The position numbers and the translations under genes are program-made. Shown here one piece after another: positions 47,005 to 56,865 of a DNA stretch of 64,000 bases; the first letter of the stretch is position 1, and each line of letters opens with the position of its first letter. Source of the DNA: a virus (lineage: Duplodnaviria; Caudoviricetes); the IMG/VR virus record IMGVR_UViG_2643221568_000002, positions 12,333-76,332 of that record; one strand, 5' to 3'. The notes below the pieces were generated by a model that ran no database searches, had not been told where the DNA came from, and saw only the letters and a program-made list of their open reading frames with translations.

Positions 47005-48159
47005 TCATTTGGTCGATGGCTTTCTAGCAGATTGGATTGCGGCGTCAACCTGCTCCGCGGCGTTTGCTTGCATCCCCGGCATTACGTGGGAATAGAGGTC
47101 GAGCGTGATCCCGATCGTCGAGTGGCCAAGGCGTTCACTGGCAATCTTTGGGTGGACTCCGGCGGCAAGCAATTGGGTGGCGTGCGAGTGACGCAGATCG
47201 TGAAACCTGATCTTGGGCAAAGAAGTCTTTGCCAGCAAGCGCGTCCACTCGTGGGTGAGCGATACAGGTTTGAGCGCGCTACCGTCCACCTGCGCAACCA
47301 CGAATGAGTCATCATCCGGCCGGATCCCGATTTTCAGTTGTTCCTCTGCCTGGGCGACCCGATGGCGCCTCAGCTCCTCGATCACAGATGAAGACAGAGC
47401 AACGACGCGAGACTTACCGGATTTGGTCTCTTTGTATCGAACGACTGTTCCAACCTGTTCGGCGCTTTGCCTTACTGCGATGGTGGCACCTGTCAGGTCG
47501 ATATCCTTCCAGCGCAAAGCTAGAATTTCCCCTCTGCGAAGCCCGCACAATGAGGCAAGCAGGGCAGGGATGAATACACGGTTCTCGCGGAAGTCATCGA
47601 GCATGATCGCCGTCTGTGGCGCGTCGAACGCTTCCATCTGTTGCTTCTCGACTTTCGGCGGTCGCGTGAGCGCCACAGGATTTCGCTTGAGCAAATCCCA
47701 CTTCACGGCCTGATCCATCGCTGTCAGCATCACGCGGCGGCAGTGATGGACCGTACGTGGCGATAGACCGCCTTTGCCGTCTCTGCGACCATTCTCCAAC
47801 AGATGGCCCCATGCGCCGTCGATACGGGCTGCAGTGAGCTTGTTGAGGGTAATAGAGCCTATAACCGGCGCGATGTTCTTGAGCAGCAGCTCTTCATAGC
47901 GCTGGTGAGTCTTGGGTGAGACGTTGGCTTTCTCATGCTTCAGCCAGCGAATGAAGTAATCGCGCACCGTGGCCTTCGCCGGCTCGACATAGTTGCCGCC
48001 GTTGACCTCGGCCACCAGTCTTGCGCACTCGGTCTCAGCTTGGCGTTTGGTGCCGTGGAATGTGTGCCACTTGCGACGACGCTTGCCTGTCTCGGGATCT
48101 GGAACGTCAAGGACGATTGCCCATTTCCCGGGAGAACGTTCTGTGATGTGGCCTTTCAC
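47005..48159 (-). CDS. int: Tyrosine integrase (ICEBs1/phage-type)
   Basis: GLRRGEILALRWKDID, RFHDLRHSHAT, RLGHSTIGITLDLYSH. Confidence 0.95.
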   Translation of the reverse strand: MKGHITERSPGKWAIVLDVPDPETGKRRRKWHTFHGTKRQAETECARLVAEVNGGNYVEPAKATVRDYFIRWLKHEKANVSPKTHQRYEELLLKNIAPVIGSITLNKLTAARIDGAWGHLLENGRRDGKGGLSPRTVHHCRRVMLTAMDQAVKWDLLKRNPVALTRPPKVEKQQMEAFDAPQTAIMLDDFRENRVFIPALLASLCGLRRGEILALRWKDIDLTGATIAVRQSAEQVGTVVRYKETKSGKSRVVALSSSVIEELRRHRVAQAEEQLKIGIRPDDDSFVVAQVDGSALKPVSLTHEWTRLLAKTSLPKIRFHDLRHSHATQLLAAGVHPKIASERLGHSTIGITLDLYSHVMPGMQANAAEQVDAAIQSARKPSTK

Positions 48160-48602
48160 TTCTTGTCATCCTCTTCGCTTTTAAGCCGCTCTTCGAATAT
48201 GAGAATTCTTTCTTCGATGCCCCACTGTAAAACACGCTCTGCCGCTGCGATTGCTTCTTTTGTGTCTCCGTGTGTTCGCAGCTCGTGTGCAGCGTGGGTG
48301 ACCTTCATCACTTCAATCCAAGCAAGATTAATCGCCTGAGCGATCGCTTCGATATCCTTCTTCTTCTCTGGATGAAGGTCTGCGAACTGAGCGACCTTGT
48401 CGAGAAATGTGTCGAGCGCCACGTCGATCGTTCGCCCTGCATCAATAATCCACTCATCGGTTATCATCCCAATTTTCGCGAGCTTTCTGACCGCGTCTGA
48501 GCGGGTGGATATCCTATTGTTGAATCTCCAATCGTCTATCGCCTGCAGTTCGTCATCCGACATCATAATCGGAACTCTGTTCTCTCGCGGCTTAACCATC
48601 AT
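48156..48602 (-). CDS. Ribbon-helix-helix-like repressor
   Basis: RVPIMMSDDELQAIDDWRFNNRISTRSDAVRKL; divergent from the xis-like gene. Confidence 0.7.
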   Translation of the reverse strand: MMVKPRENRVPIMMSDDELQAIDDWRFNNRISTRSDAVRKLAKIGMITDEWIIDAGRTIDVALDTFLDKVAQFADLHPEKKKDIEAIAQAINLAWIEVMKVTHAAHELRTHGDTKEAIAAAERVLQWGIEERILIFEERLKSEEDDKK

Positions 48603-48620
48603 GCACCCCTAAAGCAGTTT

Positions 48621-48719
48621 CGGGACAAACCATAAAAAATCGGCACAAAAAGCACAAGTGACGCTTGACGGATTCTTTTACGTGGTTAATGATTAAAAAA
48701 CGGCACAACTAATGCCGTT
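48621..48719. promoter_or_regulatory. Divergent promoter region with CGGCACAA-type operator repeats
   Basis: CGGGACAA 48621, CGGCACAA 48641 and 48701, AGCACAA 48651; inverted AACGGCA-N7-TGCCGTT 48699-48719; CTTGAC at 48664. Confidence 0.55.
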
Positions 48720-48745
48720 AACGCTGATTTTTCGGAGCATGTAAA

Positions 48746-48952
48746 ATGACACTCGATGAAGCACTAACAAAACCGACTATTTCGGTACCTGAGGCAGGAA
48801 GACTTTTCTTCGGTCTCGCCCGCAACGCTGCATATGAAGCAGCCAGGAAAGGCGACATCAGCACGATCAAGGTGGGTGGTCGCATTGTGGTGCCTGTCGC
48901 ACCTCTTGCGGCGAAGCTTGGCCTGCATGCCCGCATCGGAGCGGCAGCATGA
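48746..48952 (+). CDS. Excisionase/HTH_17-like DNA-binding protein
   Basis: TISVPEAGRLFFGLARNAAYEAARKGDISTIKVGGRIVVP. Confidence 0.85.
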   Translation: MTLDEALTKPTISVPEAGRLFFGLARNAAYEAARKGDISTIKVGGRIVVPVAPLAAKLGLHARIGAAA

Positions 48953-49389
48953 TCGAACGCCCAGCACTCCCCGATTGGATGCTCGGTCGATCCGACTACG
49001 GCCAGAACGCAAAAGGCCCGGCAGAGGCGGCAACCTCTCCGAGCCATGGTCAAATCCACTCCCCATCACAGGACATAGAAATGAACAAGGCAAGCGATAC
49101 CACGGACGTTTTGAAAAAGAAAGTAAGCGACGAGGCTGTGGCAGATGCCATGCGCACATTGGACGGCGATATCCATGCGTTGCACCACATGTCGGACATC
49201 ACCGCCGAAAGCTTCGATGCCATTTTCGGCCCAGGCAGCCGCATCGAGAAGAGCAAGGAAGGCGTGGCTTTCCGGATCACGCAGCACGAGTTCAATCAGA
49301 TGGCCTTTCTCGTGAACAACGTGGCTGAGCGCTGCCATGACCTCCACAAGCGCTTTCAGTCGGCATGGAGCGGGGAGAAGCTGGCATGA
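48949..49389 (+). CDS. Hypothetical protein (start may be ATG 49081)
   Basis: Coupled ORF; AGGA precedes the internal ATG 49081. Confidence 0.55.
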   Translation: MIERPALPDWMLGRSDYGQNAKGPAEAATSPSHGQIHSPSQDIEMNKASDTTDVLKKKVSDEAVADAMRTLDGDIHALHHMSDITAESFDAIFGPGSRIEKSKEGVAFRITQHEFNQMAFLVNNVAERCHDLHKRFQSAWSGEKLA

Positions 49390-49628
49390 GACAGGCACCC
49401 ATCGAAATCACCCGCGCCCGCATCGAAGCAAAGATCGAGGAGTTGATCGCTCTCCTCGACCTTCTCGACGGGGACGAAAACTTGGAGCCGTATCTTGCTG
49501 GTACCGATCCGGCCCACGTGGACCGAGAGTTGGACGACGAGCGAGAGCCTGAGGAAACCGATCAAAACGGTGACGAGCAGGATACCAGCTTCACCGAGGA
49601 CGAATTTCACACGAGGTTTTTTCAATGA
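49386..49628 (+). CDS. Small acidic hypothetical protein
   Basis: RARIEAKIEELIALLDLLDGDENLEP; ATGA overlap. Confidence 0.65.
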   Translation: MRQAPIEITRARIEAKIEELIALLDLLDGDENLEPYLAGTDPAHVDRELDDEREPEETDQNGDEQDTSFTEDEFHTRFFQ

Positions 49629-49921
49629 CAGATACTCTCACCAACGAAGAGATGGTCGCTCATTGCAACGAGATGTTCGACCGGATTGGTAAAGCCTTCG
49701 GAAGAATTATTTTCGGTAGAGCTGTGATGCTTCAAATCCCGCCTGATGAGGTTGAAGAAGGTATCAACGCTGCGGTGGAAGATAGCCGGGATTACTTCAA
49801 GGAAGGAGGTCTCTGCGACCACGACGCGGATTTAGCCTGCCGCCAGATCAAGTTGGCGATCGTGCTTGAAGGGCAGCGGATCATCAGTGCCCTTCCTGAC
49901 GAGATTGGGGGGATACATTGA
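49625..49921 (+). CDS. Hypothetical protein
   Basis: ATGA-coupled 98-aa ORF. Confidence 0.6.
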   Translation: MTDTLTNEEMVAHCNEMFDRIGKAFGRIIFGRAVMLQIPPDEVEEGINAAVEDSRDYFKEGGLCDHDADLACRQIKLAIVLEGQRIISALPDEIGGIH

Positions 49922-50088
49922 CCAACACCCGCATCGAGGAGGCAGCCAAGTGGCTGTCTCTTCAACAACAACCGCCACAACCGATCATGCAATTTCTTCG
50001 GGATAAGTATTCTCTATCCACCTCAGAAGCAGCAAAAACGTGTACACTAGCAAACTCGTTTCGGGCCGAGCGGAGGACGCGGGATTGA
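49918..50088 (+). CDS. Small hypothetical protein (56 aa, TTG start; below the ORF-track cutoff)
   Basis: Hand translation MTNTRIEEAAKWLSLQQQPPQPIMQFLRDKYSLSTSEAAKTCTLANSFRAERRTRD; TTGA overlaps at both ends. Confidence 0.55.
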   Translation: MTNTRIEEAAKWLSLQQQPPQPIMQFLRDKYSLSTSEAAKTCTLANSFRAERRTRD

Positions 50089-51335
50089 AGGCAGCAAGCA
50101 TTAGTGGGAAACAAGGATCCGAGCGAAATATACTCGGGGCTGCTTCCGCATCTGCACCTGATGATAGCGTCGCGAGAGATGCTGATCTTGGCATCATGCA
50201 CCATCCCAAGCTTTCGCATGTGCTTACGGGAGAACTGTTCCGCCTCCACAATGCCGGATTTTCACTGCTGCCACTCGGATTAAAACGTGAGCCACTGGTG
50301 AAGTTCAGTACCGCAGTTGGTAAGCCTACAAAGCGACTTCCTTTGTCGCTTGTAATAGAAAAAATGGCTGGGGCGGGAAGTGCCAATTACGCCATTCGGC
50401 TTGATGGGCTGTTGGTTGTCGACGTGGATACTGACACTCCAGAGGCCCGCTCCTACGTCGAGCGCCGCTTTGGAAACTCCGCTGTTCAAGTCAAGAGCCC
50501 GCGCGGTATCCATCATTACTTCCAACACGATGGCAAAACGCCGAAAGCGATCCGCCTTCCTGGCATCTCTATCGACTTCAAGGCGGGATGCCAGTCCCTT
50601 ATTGCCGGGCCTTACGCTGAGCGTGCCGATGGGCAGCAGTATCTGCCTTTAAAGGGCAAACTCTTGAGCGTCAGTGCTCTACCACTTTTCACCGATAACG
50701 ATCTGGCGGAGGAAGAGGATTTCGAAGAACCTATGCCACGCTCCGCAACCGGAAAGGTTGCCAGAGGTGATCGCCACCAAAGCCTCAAAAAGCGCGGCAT
50801 GCAGTTGGTTCACACTGCCGAAGACGAGGCGGATCTATTCGACAATTTGCGGCTCTTTCGCGACTGGGAGTGCGATTTCCCGGAAGAGGTCCCGGATAGC
50901 GAAATTGTCTCTCTAGCGCGATGGTTCTGGTTCAAGCGCTGCAATAACGAAATTTGGGGTGGAAGGAATTCTCCCATGGGCATGACGCGAGCTTCGTTCG
51001 ATCAACTAATCAATGTCAGATACGGCGATCAAGCCTGGCTGCTTTATTCGTTCGTGCATTCCAATCACGAACATGTGGGTCGAGAGTTTTCCATTGTCCC
51101 AGAGGCCATTCTCGCCGCGGGGAAGCTGCAAGCTCTCTCCAAAAAGGACATTTACAGAGCCGCCAAGATACTGGTCGATCAAAAGCTTTTGTCCCGAAGG
51201 ACAGTCAGAGATGGCAAGAAGTGCAAGTACCTGTACCGGATAGCTGGGGGGAGACAGAGAGAGAGGTCTGTTGATTACATCCATGCCCATAATGGGAACC
51301 CCAAATTATCGGTTATTGATGGAGGCCAACAATGA
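50085..51335 (+). CDS. Bifunctional primase-polymerase (Prim-Pol) replication protein; start uncertain
   Basis: LLVVDVD, KSPRGIHHYF, IDFK AEP motifs; PriCT-like GDRHQSL...EIVSLARW. Confidence 0.8.
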   Translation: MKAASISGKQGSERNILGAASASAPDDSVARDADLGIMHHPKLSHVLTGELFRLHNAGFSLLPLGLKREPLVKFSTAVGKPTKRLPLSLVIEKMAGAGSANYAIRLDGLLVVDVDTDTPEARSYVERRFGNSAVQVKSPRGIHHYFQHDGKTPKAIRLPGISIDFKAGCQSLIAGPYAERADGQQYLPLKGKLLSVSALPLFTDNDLAEEEDFEEPMPRSATGKVARGDRHQSLKKRGMQLVHTAEDEADLFDNLRLFRDWECDFPEEVPDSEIVSLARWFWFKRCNNEIWGGRNSPMGMTRASFDQLINVRYGDQAWLLYSFVHSNHEHVGREFSIVPEAILAAGKLQALSKKDIYRAAKILVDQKLLSRRTVRDGKKCKYLYRIAGGRQRERSVDYIHAHNGNPKLSVIDGGQQ

Positions 51336-51514
51336 AGCAGCTTGATTTATTGGAGTGGGCCGAAGCTCGCCCGACTGCAGAAATCCTCGACTGGCACGCA
51401 CCATTCGCTAAGCGGGCGATGTCTCGCATCCATGAATACGATGACGATTGGCCGAAGTCGTTTTACCCGGAGAGCGTCATATCGTTTCCGTCGAGGAAGA
51501 AAGGCGCTGCATGA
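51332..51514 (+). CDS. Hypothetical protein
   Basis: GGAGG RBS, ATGA overlaps at both ends. Confidence 0.6.
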   Translation: MKQLDLLEWAEARPTAEILDWHAPFAKRAMSRIHEYDDDWPKSFYPESVISFPSRKKGAA

Positions 51515-51780
51515 CACTACCGAAGCTGACGCCCGAACGCCTGGACACGATGTTTCCCTCAAGTTCGAGGGAAAGCCGCTCGTCTCTCGCCACGGAATCG
51601 CTCTGGGGTGCGAAGGCGATCAGTCGTTTCATGGGACTGTCAGAAGACACGATATTGCGCCTCGAAAAGCGTGATCCATCATTTCCGGTTCGCCGTCGTG
51701 GCGGCCGGATCTTCACGACCCGCACAGAGATTGTGCTCTGGCTTCAGCCTTCAGTTAAGGATCAGCGCGTAACAAGCTGA
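51511..51780 (+). CDS. HTH DNA-binding protein (candidate late-operon regulator)
   Basis: LWGAKAISRFMGLSEDTILRL...GGRIFTTRTEI. Confidence 0.65.
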   Translation: MTLPKLTPERLDTMFPSSSRESRSSLATESLWGAKAISRFMGLSEDTILRLEKRDPSFPVRRRGGRIFTTRTEIVLWLQPSVKDQRVTS

Positions 51781-51846
51781 TTTTTGCGGCTTTTTGCGGT
51801 TTCTTGCCCGATGGCTAAATGTGCCTGTGGGCGACATTATCCGGCC

Positions 51847-53088
51847 ATGAGCTGGAACCCTTTCAAACGCACGAAGAAAGCACTGACCGACGAGCAGATC
51901 CTCGAAATGCTCGGTGGTGGCATCCCGACAGCAACGGGTCTTGCCGTGTCAGCGGAATCGGCGCTGTGCACGCCAGCGGTCGCCGCCGCAGTCCGTACCA
52001 TCTCGGAAGCCGCTGCATCACTCACTGTCAAGGTCGTTGAGATCAATCCCGACCGGACAGAGACAGAAGTTAAGGATCATCCCGTCACTGCGCTCCTGCG
52101 CGACGAAGCAAACGAGTGGACTTCTGGTTTCGAGTTCATCCGCTCGATCATCGTGGATGCGCTCTGTCGGGACCAAGGCGGGCTTGCCTACGTCAACCGC
52201 GTCAGCGGCGAGGTCCGAGAGATCATCAGATATCGCCCCGGCTTCATCAACGTCGATTATCCCGACGATACCCTGGCACCGCGCTACAGGATCAACGGCT
52301 TCATCCGCAATCCGGCGGACATCATCCATCTGCGCGGACCTTTCGCAAAATCACCGCTGACCCTCTGCCGAGAAGCAATCGGCGTTGCAATGGTTATGGA
52401 GCAGCACGCGGCCCGCTTGTTCGGACGTGGTGCGCGCCCTGGTGGCGTGATCGAGAGCGAAAAGCCGCTTGGCGCTGAAGGCTCGAAGGCCATGATCAAC
52501 GGCTGGAAGACAGCCATGGAAGGCAGCGAGAACGCTGGCCGCACTGCCATCCTCTGGGACGGTGCCAAGTGGAAGCCGATGACGTTCTCCAGCGTGGATG
52601 CACAGTTCCAGCAGCTCCGACTTTTCCAGCTTCAGGAGATTGCGAGAGCGTTCAACATCCCGGCCTCCCTTCTTGGTGACATGACCCGCGCCACATGGAG
52701 CAACGCCGCCGAAATGCAGCGCCAGTTCCTCCAGCTTTGCCTTGAGCCTTGGCTGCGCGCCCTTGAAAGCGCCCTTCGCCGCGCCCTGTTCTCGAAGGAG
52801 GACCGGAAGAAATACGCCATCCGCTTTGATCGCGATGATTTCACCAATGTGGACCTGACAGCCCGCGCCACGGCCATCAGCAGCCTTGTGTCCTCCCGTG
52901 TCATCAACCCCAACACCGCCCGCGAGTGGCTGGACCTGCCGCCATATGACGGCGGGGAAGAATACGCCAATCCGAACACCGGATCGAGCCAACCCGGTAT
53001 GGGCCGCAATGGCGGCCCGACGCTGGATGCCGACGAAACCGGCAACCAAGACGATCCCGACAAGGAGAAGAACGACGATGACGCTTGA
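51847..53088 (+). CDS. HK97-family portal protein
   Basis: AVAAAVRTISEAAASL..IIHLR..SPL..EIARAFNIP..NTAREWLDLPP. Confidence 0.93.
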   Translation: MSWNPFKRTKKALTDEQILEMLGGGIPTATGLAVSAESALCTPAVAAAVRTISEAAASLTVKVVEINPDRTETEVKDHPVTALLRDEANEWTSGFEFIRSIIVDALCRDQGGLAYVNRVSGEVREIIRYRPGFINVDYPDDTLAPRYRINGFIRNPADIIHLRGPFAKSPLTLCREAIGVAMVMEQHAARLFGRGARPGGVIESEKPLGAEGSKAMINGWKTAMEGSENAGRTAILWDGAKWKPMTFSSVDAQFQQLRLFQLQEIARAFNIPASLLGDMTRATWSNAAEMQRQFLQLCLEPWLRALESALRRALFSKEDRKKYAIRFDRDDFTNVDLTARATAISSLVSSRVINPNTAREWLDLPPYDGGEEYANPNTGSSQPGMGRNGGPTLDADETGNQDDPDKEKNDDDA

Positions 53089-53470
53089 CGAGATCAAATC
53101 CAACCTTGTCGACCAGGACAAAGGCCGTTGGCTTCAGGTGGGTGACCCTTGGGACGGCAAGCCGATCGGCCTCAGCCTACTCATTGCTGGTCCCGACAGC
53201 GAGACGCAAAACAAAGCCCGCATCGCCATGATGGACGAATTGGCGGATGCTGCCGACGCCACGGGCAAGGTCTCTTACGAAGGCCGAGAGAAAGCCCGCG
53301 TCAACTGTCTGGCGCGCTGCGTCCTTAATTGGGACGTCGCCGCCGACTTCGGCCTCGATGCCAAGTTCGGCCATGCCGCTGTGGTCAAGATTTTGCAGGT
53401 GTCGTGGATACAGCACCAGGTCGATGCCTTCGCCGCCGATCGCGCTAACTTCCGCAGCGAGGTGGCGTGA
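53078..53470 (+). CDS. Tail assembly chaperone, G-type part
   Basis: IAGPDS...LARCVLNWD...WIQHQVDAFAADRANF resembles siphovirus tail chaperones; AAGGAG RBS. Confidence 0.6.
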   Translation: MTLDEIKSNLVDQDKGRWLQVGDPWDGKPIGLSLLIAGPDSETQNKARIAMMDELADAADATGKVSYEGREKARVNCLARCVLNWDVAADFGLDAKFGHAAVVKILQVSWIQHQVDAFAADRANFRSEVA

Positions 53471-53973
53471 TGGATCGCCTCTTCATCGAAACCAAAATGA
53501 TTGCGGACGACGCCGGCACAGTATCCGGTCTCGCTTGGAAATTCGGGACGCCGGATCGCGTAGGCGACTGGATTGAACCAGGTGCTTTCAAATCTGCAAA
53601 GCTGCCTATTCCGATGCTCTTCGGCCACGACATGAACGATCCGATCGGCACATGGGACATCGCGACAGAGAAGTCTGACGGCCTCCACATCACCGGCAAG
53701 CTGCTGGTGGACGAGGTTTCCCGAGCCCGCGAAGTTCGGGCCTTGGTCAAATCCGGCGCCGTCCGCGGCCTATCGATCGGCTTCATCACCAAAACCTCGA
53801 GCCCACGCAATGGCGGCGGGCGTCTCATCAAATCTCTTGAGCTTCTGGAAGCGTCTCTCGTGACGATCCCGATGCACCCCGGCGCGAAGGTGACTTCGGC
53901 CAAGTCGGCAGTTGAGGCGATTTCGATCGCCGCTGCCATCAACCGCGCAGCCGCGCATATCGGAAGGAACTGA
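53467..53973 (+). CDS. HK97-family prohead protease
   Basis: DRVGDWIEPGAF, MLFGHD..PIG.W, GLSIGF, LLEASLVTIP. Confidence 0.93.
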   Translation: MMDRLFIETKMIADDAGTVSGLAWKFGTPDRVGDWIEPGAFKSAKLPIPMLFGHDMNDPIGTWDIATEKSDGLHITGKLLVDEVSRAREVRALVKSGAVRGLSIGFITKTSSPRNGGGRLIKSLELLEASLVTIPMHPGAKVTSAKSAVEAISIAAAINRAAAHIGRN

Positions 53974-53974
53974 C

Positions 53975-55222
53975 ATGCAGCATGTCACGAAACAGGCGCT
54001 GCTCGGCAGCGTGGCAATTCTGGATCGGAAAGGCGATGACGACGATCCGTTGTCCATTGTCACGAAGTCGCTATCAGAGCTTCAGAAGGCCGTCGATGAA
54101 CGACTGAAGAAGGTGGAAGGCGGCACCGAGCTAAAAGCGCTCATGGACCGAATTGCCGAACTTGAGACGAAGGCAAACCGTCCAGGCGGCAAGGCCGATG
54201 CAAACGAGCAGATCGAGATTGAGCGCAAGGCTCTGGCCTCCATGCTCCGATCTGGTCTTTCTGCTGCCGTTGAAGACGCTGGTGGCGTATTCGAAGCGAA
54301 GGCGGCGGCATCGTCTGACAGCGATCCGGCGGGCGGTTACTTCGTCCTTCCGACCATCGATCTGTCGATCCGAACACTGCTCACCGACCTTTCACCCCTG
54401 CGCAGTCTGGCGGAAGTGGTCAGCATTGGCACTGACAAATACGAGCGCTTCTACAGCATGGGCAAACGCGGCGCTCAGTGGGTGGCCGAGCGGGATGCTC
54501 GTCCGCAGGACACCGCACGCCCTGAACTCATCAAGCAGAGCTATCCGGTCTCGGAACTATACGCCGCGCCAGTGGCAACTCGTCATCTGTTGGACGATGC
54601 TGCGACGGATATTGCTTTCTGGCTGATCAACAACGCTACCCACGATTTTGCTGAAACCGAAGCCGAGGCGTTTATGCGCGGCGACGGCGTGGAAGGCAAA
54701 CCGCGTGGCTTGCTCGATTACGGGACCGATCCAAGGAAGGACTTCGAGCGTCCGTGGGGCAAGCACCAGCACGTCGAATCCGACGCTCTCAGCGGTGGCC
54801 AGTTGACGACTGCGCAGTGGACGAAGGTGCTGATCACTCTGATCGGAGCGCTGCGTCGTCCGTACAAGTCCAATGCTCGCTTCCTGATGAATACCAACAC
54901 CGCCACGATTCTCCGGGCGCTGGTTGATAGCACAGGCCGCGCTCTATGGGCTCCGACAGGCAACCTAATCGAGGGCATTGAACACCCGCTGCTCGGCTAT
55001 CCGGTCGAGATCGATGAAGGCATGCCCGACATCGCAGCCGGTGCTCTCCCGATCGCTTTTGGCGACTTCAAGCAGGGTTACGTGATCGTGGATCGCCAGG
55101 GCGTGCGCGTGAACCGTGACGAACTCACCCAGAAGGGCCGCGTGGTCTTTGACGTCTACAAGCGTGTGGGCGGCGGTGCGGGCGACTTCAACGCCATCAA
55201 GTTCCTCAAGATCAAGGCATAA
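53975..55222 (+). CDS. HK97-family major capsid protein
   Basis: Coiled-coil delta domain, GGYFV, AQWVAE, GDGVEGKPRGLL, LLGYPV, IAFGDF, KRVGG. Confidence 0.93.
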   Translation: MQHVTKQALLGSVAILDRKGDDDDPLSIVTKSLSELQKAVDERLKKVEGGTELKALMDRIAELETKANRPGGKADANEQIEIERKALASMLRSGLSAAVEDAGGVFEAKAAASSDSDPAGGYFVLPTIDLSIRTLLTDLSPLRSLAEVVSIGTDKYERFYSMGKRGAQWVAERDARPQDTARPELIKQSYPVSELYAAPVATRHLLDDAATDIAFWLINNATHDFAETEAEAFMRGDGVEGKPRGLLDYGTDPRKDFERPWGKHQHVESDALSGGQLTTAQWTKVLITLIGALRRPYKSNARFLMNTNTATILRALVDSTGRALWAPTGNLIEGIEHPLLGYPVEIDEGMPDIAAGALPIAFGDFKQGYVIVDRQGVRVNRDELTQKGRVVFDVYKRVGGGAGDFNAIKFLKIKA

Positions 55223-55234
55223 GGAGACGAACGC

Positions 55235-55621
55235 ATGCGTAAGGATCTCTATTCCAACTTCGCTGCGGTGCAGGCTCTGCCGTCTGCATCCACCAGCGCG
55301 GCCGGCGACGGCACTGTCATCGATTTGAAGGGCTTCCAGTCGGCGCTCTTCCTGGTCAATACGGGTGCCATCACCAGCGCTGGCGACTTCTCCTTCAAGC
55401 TGCAGGAGAGCGACCAGTCTGGCGCCGGCTTTGCCGATGTAGCTGCTGCCGACGTGATCGGCGCCGCCCCAACGACCCTGGCGGCGTCTTCGGCCTACAA
55501 GCTCGGCTATCGTGGCAAGAAGCGATACATCCGCCTCTCTGTCACCAAAGCCGGTGGCACGTCGATCCAGATGGGTGCGGTTGCTATCCTCGGCCATCCT
55601 CATATTGCGCCGGTGGCCTGA
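55235..55621 (+). CDS. Head decoration/cement-like protein
   Basis: IDLKGFQSA..KLQESD..GYRGKKRYIRL; follows the capsid gene. Confidence 0.6.
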   Translation: MRKDLYSNFAAVQALPSASTSAAGDGTVIDLKGFQSALFLVNTGAITSAGDFSFKLQESDQSGAGFADVAAADVIGAAPTTLAASSAYKLGYRGKKRYIRLSVTKAGGTSIQMGAVAILGHPHIAPVA

Positions 55622-55622
55622 T

Positions 55623-55880
55623 ATGGACCCGTTCAAGCAGTTCCAGCGCGAGCAGTTGGCGACATCTCAGGATGCCTTCAATGTCACTCCGAACGACAAT
55701 GGTGATCTGCCAGCCCCTACCTACGGCGGGTTTTGGGTTTCGACGCCTGGGACCGTCAAAGTGACGACCAAAGCCGGGACAGTTCTGACACTGCCATCAG
55801 GTCAGATTTACTGGAATCTGGTCGTGACGAAGATCTGGGCGACAGGCACCAGCGCCACTGGAATTGTGGGGCTTGTCTGA
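55623..55880 (+). CDS. Head spike base protein (RcGTA Rcc01079-like)
   Basis: AFNVTPNDNGDL...GTVKV...KIWATGTSATGIVGL. Confidence 0.65.
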   Translation: MDPFKQFQREQLATSQDAFNVTPNDNGDLPAPTYGGFWVSTPGTVKVTTKAGTVLTLPSGQIYWNLVVTKIWATGTSATGIVGLV

Positions 55881-56242
55881 TGCCATATCGCGCCCCCTCA
55901 GTCTGTGGACACTGCAACAAGGCTCATCCCCGTGGTGAGACCTGCACCTCCGTTAAGGAGGCCCAGAGGGAGCGTAAGGCCCGCCATGACCTGAAGCGCC
56001 CCAGCGCCCGTCAGCGTGGCTATGACAGCACATGGGAAAGGGAGGCCAAGGCTTTCCTCTCCCTTCCTCAAAACGAGTTCTGCCAATGCGGCCAGAAGGC
56101 GACCGTCGTGATGCACATCAAGAGCATCAGGCAGCGCCCAGACCTGCGCTTGGTCAAATCCAATTGGAAGCCCGGTTGCCAGAGGTGCAACGCGATCGAC
56201 GCCGCGAATGAACGGCGCACCCTAGAAAGGAACAAGCCATGA
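55880..56242 (+). CDS. Packaging-associated HNH endonuclease
   Basis: RPSARQRGYDSTW..C.CG..ATVVMHI..NWKPGCQRCN. Confidence 0.85.
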   Translation: MPYRAPSVCGHCNKAHPRGETCTSVKEAQRERKARHDLKRPSARQRGYDSTWEREAKAFLSLPQNEFCQCGQKATVVMHIKSIRQRPDLRLVKSNWKPGCQRCNAIDAANERRTLERNKP

Positions 56243-56727
56243 CCATCAATTCGACAGCCGGTGCTAAGCTCTACATCGGCACCACCAAGGATCAGAAGAG
56301 CGAACCTTATGTGCTTGCAGACTTCTCTGCAGCCAATGCTGTCACTTGGAAGCAGATCAAGCAAATGGAAGGGCTTGGTTCTCTCGGTGATACCAGCGAG
56401 GCCATCACGTTCTCCTCGATCGACGCTAACCGTGTGCAGACACTGAAGGGCCCACGCAACGCAGGCACGATGGAAGTGGTGTGCGGCATCGATTACTCAG
56501 ATGCTGGTCAGCAGGCCCTCATCGCCGCAGAGCGCACCATCCATGATTATGAGTTTCGTCTCGTGTTCAACGATGCACCAGCAGGCGGCACTCCCTCCGA
56601 GCGTCTATTCATCGCCAAGGTCATGAGCCAGAGCGAGCAGTATGACAGCGCCAACAGCGTGATGAAGCTGAACGCCTCGCTCGCCGTCAACTCCAACATC
56701 GTGCGCATCGATGCAGATGAGGCATGA
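56239..56727 (+). CDS. Major tail (tube) protein
   Basis: AGAKLYIG..LGSLGDTSE..LKGPRNAGTM..DAGQQAL..AKVMS. Confidence 0.8.
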   Translation: MTINSTAGAKLYIGTTKDQKSEPYVLADFSAANAVTWKQIKQMEGLGSLGDTSEAITFSSIDANRVQTLKGPRNAGTMEVVCGIDYSDAGQQALIAAERTIHDYEFRLVFNDAPAGGTPSERLFIAKVMSQSEQYDSANSVMKLNASLAVNSNIVRIDADEA

Positions 56728-56749
56728 GCCATTGCCATCATGGCAACAC

Positions 56750-56830
56750 CTACCGGGGGGTGGTCTCAGACTTTCCACCCCTCAAGGGGACCGGCGGCGG
56801 GTCCACTGTGCGAAAAATTTCAGAAATGGC
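56750..56830 (+). other. Candidate cos/packaging-initiation region
   Basis: Non-coding GGGGGGTGGTC...AAGGGGACCGGCGGCGGG...CGAAAAATTTC resembles the cos regions next to HNH/terS in HK97-like phages. Confidence 0.45.
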
Positions 56831-56865
56831 TCTGATTTTGTGAACGTTTGAAAGGAGGCTGTTCG

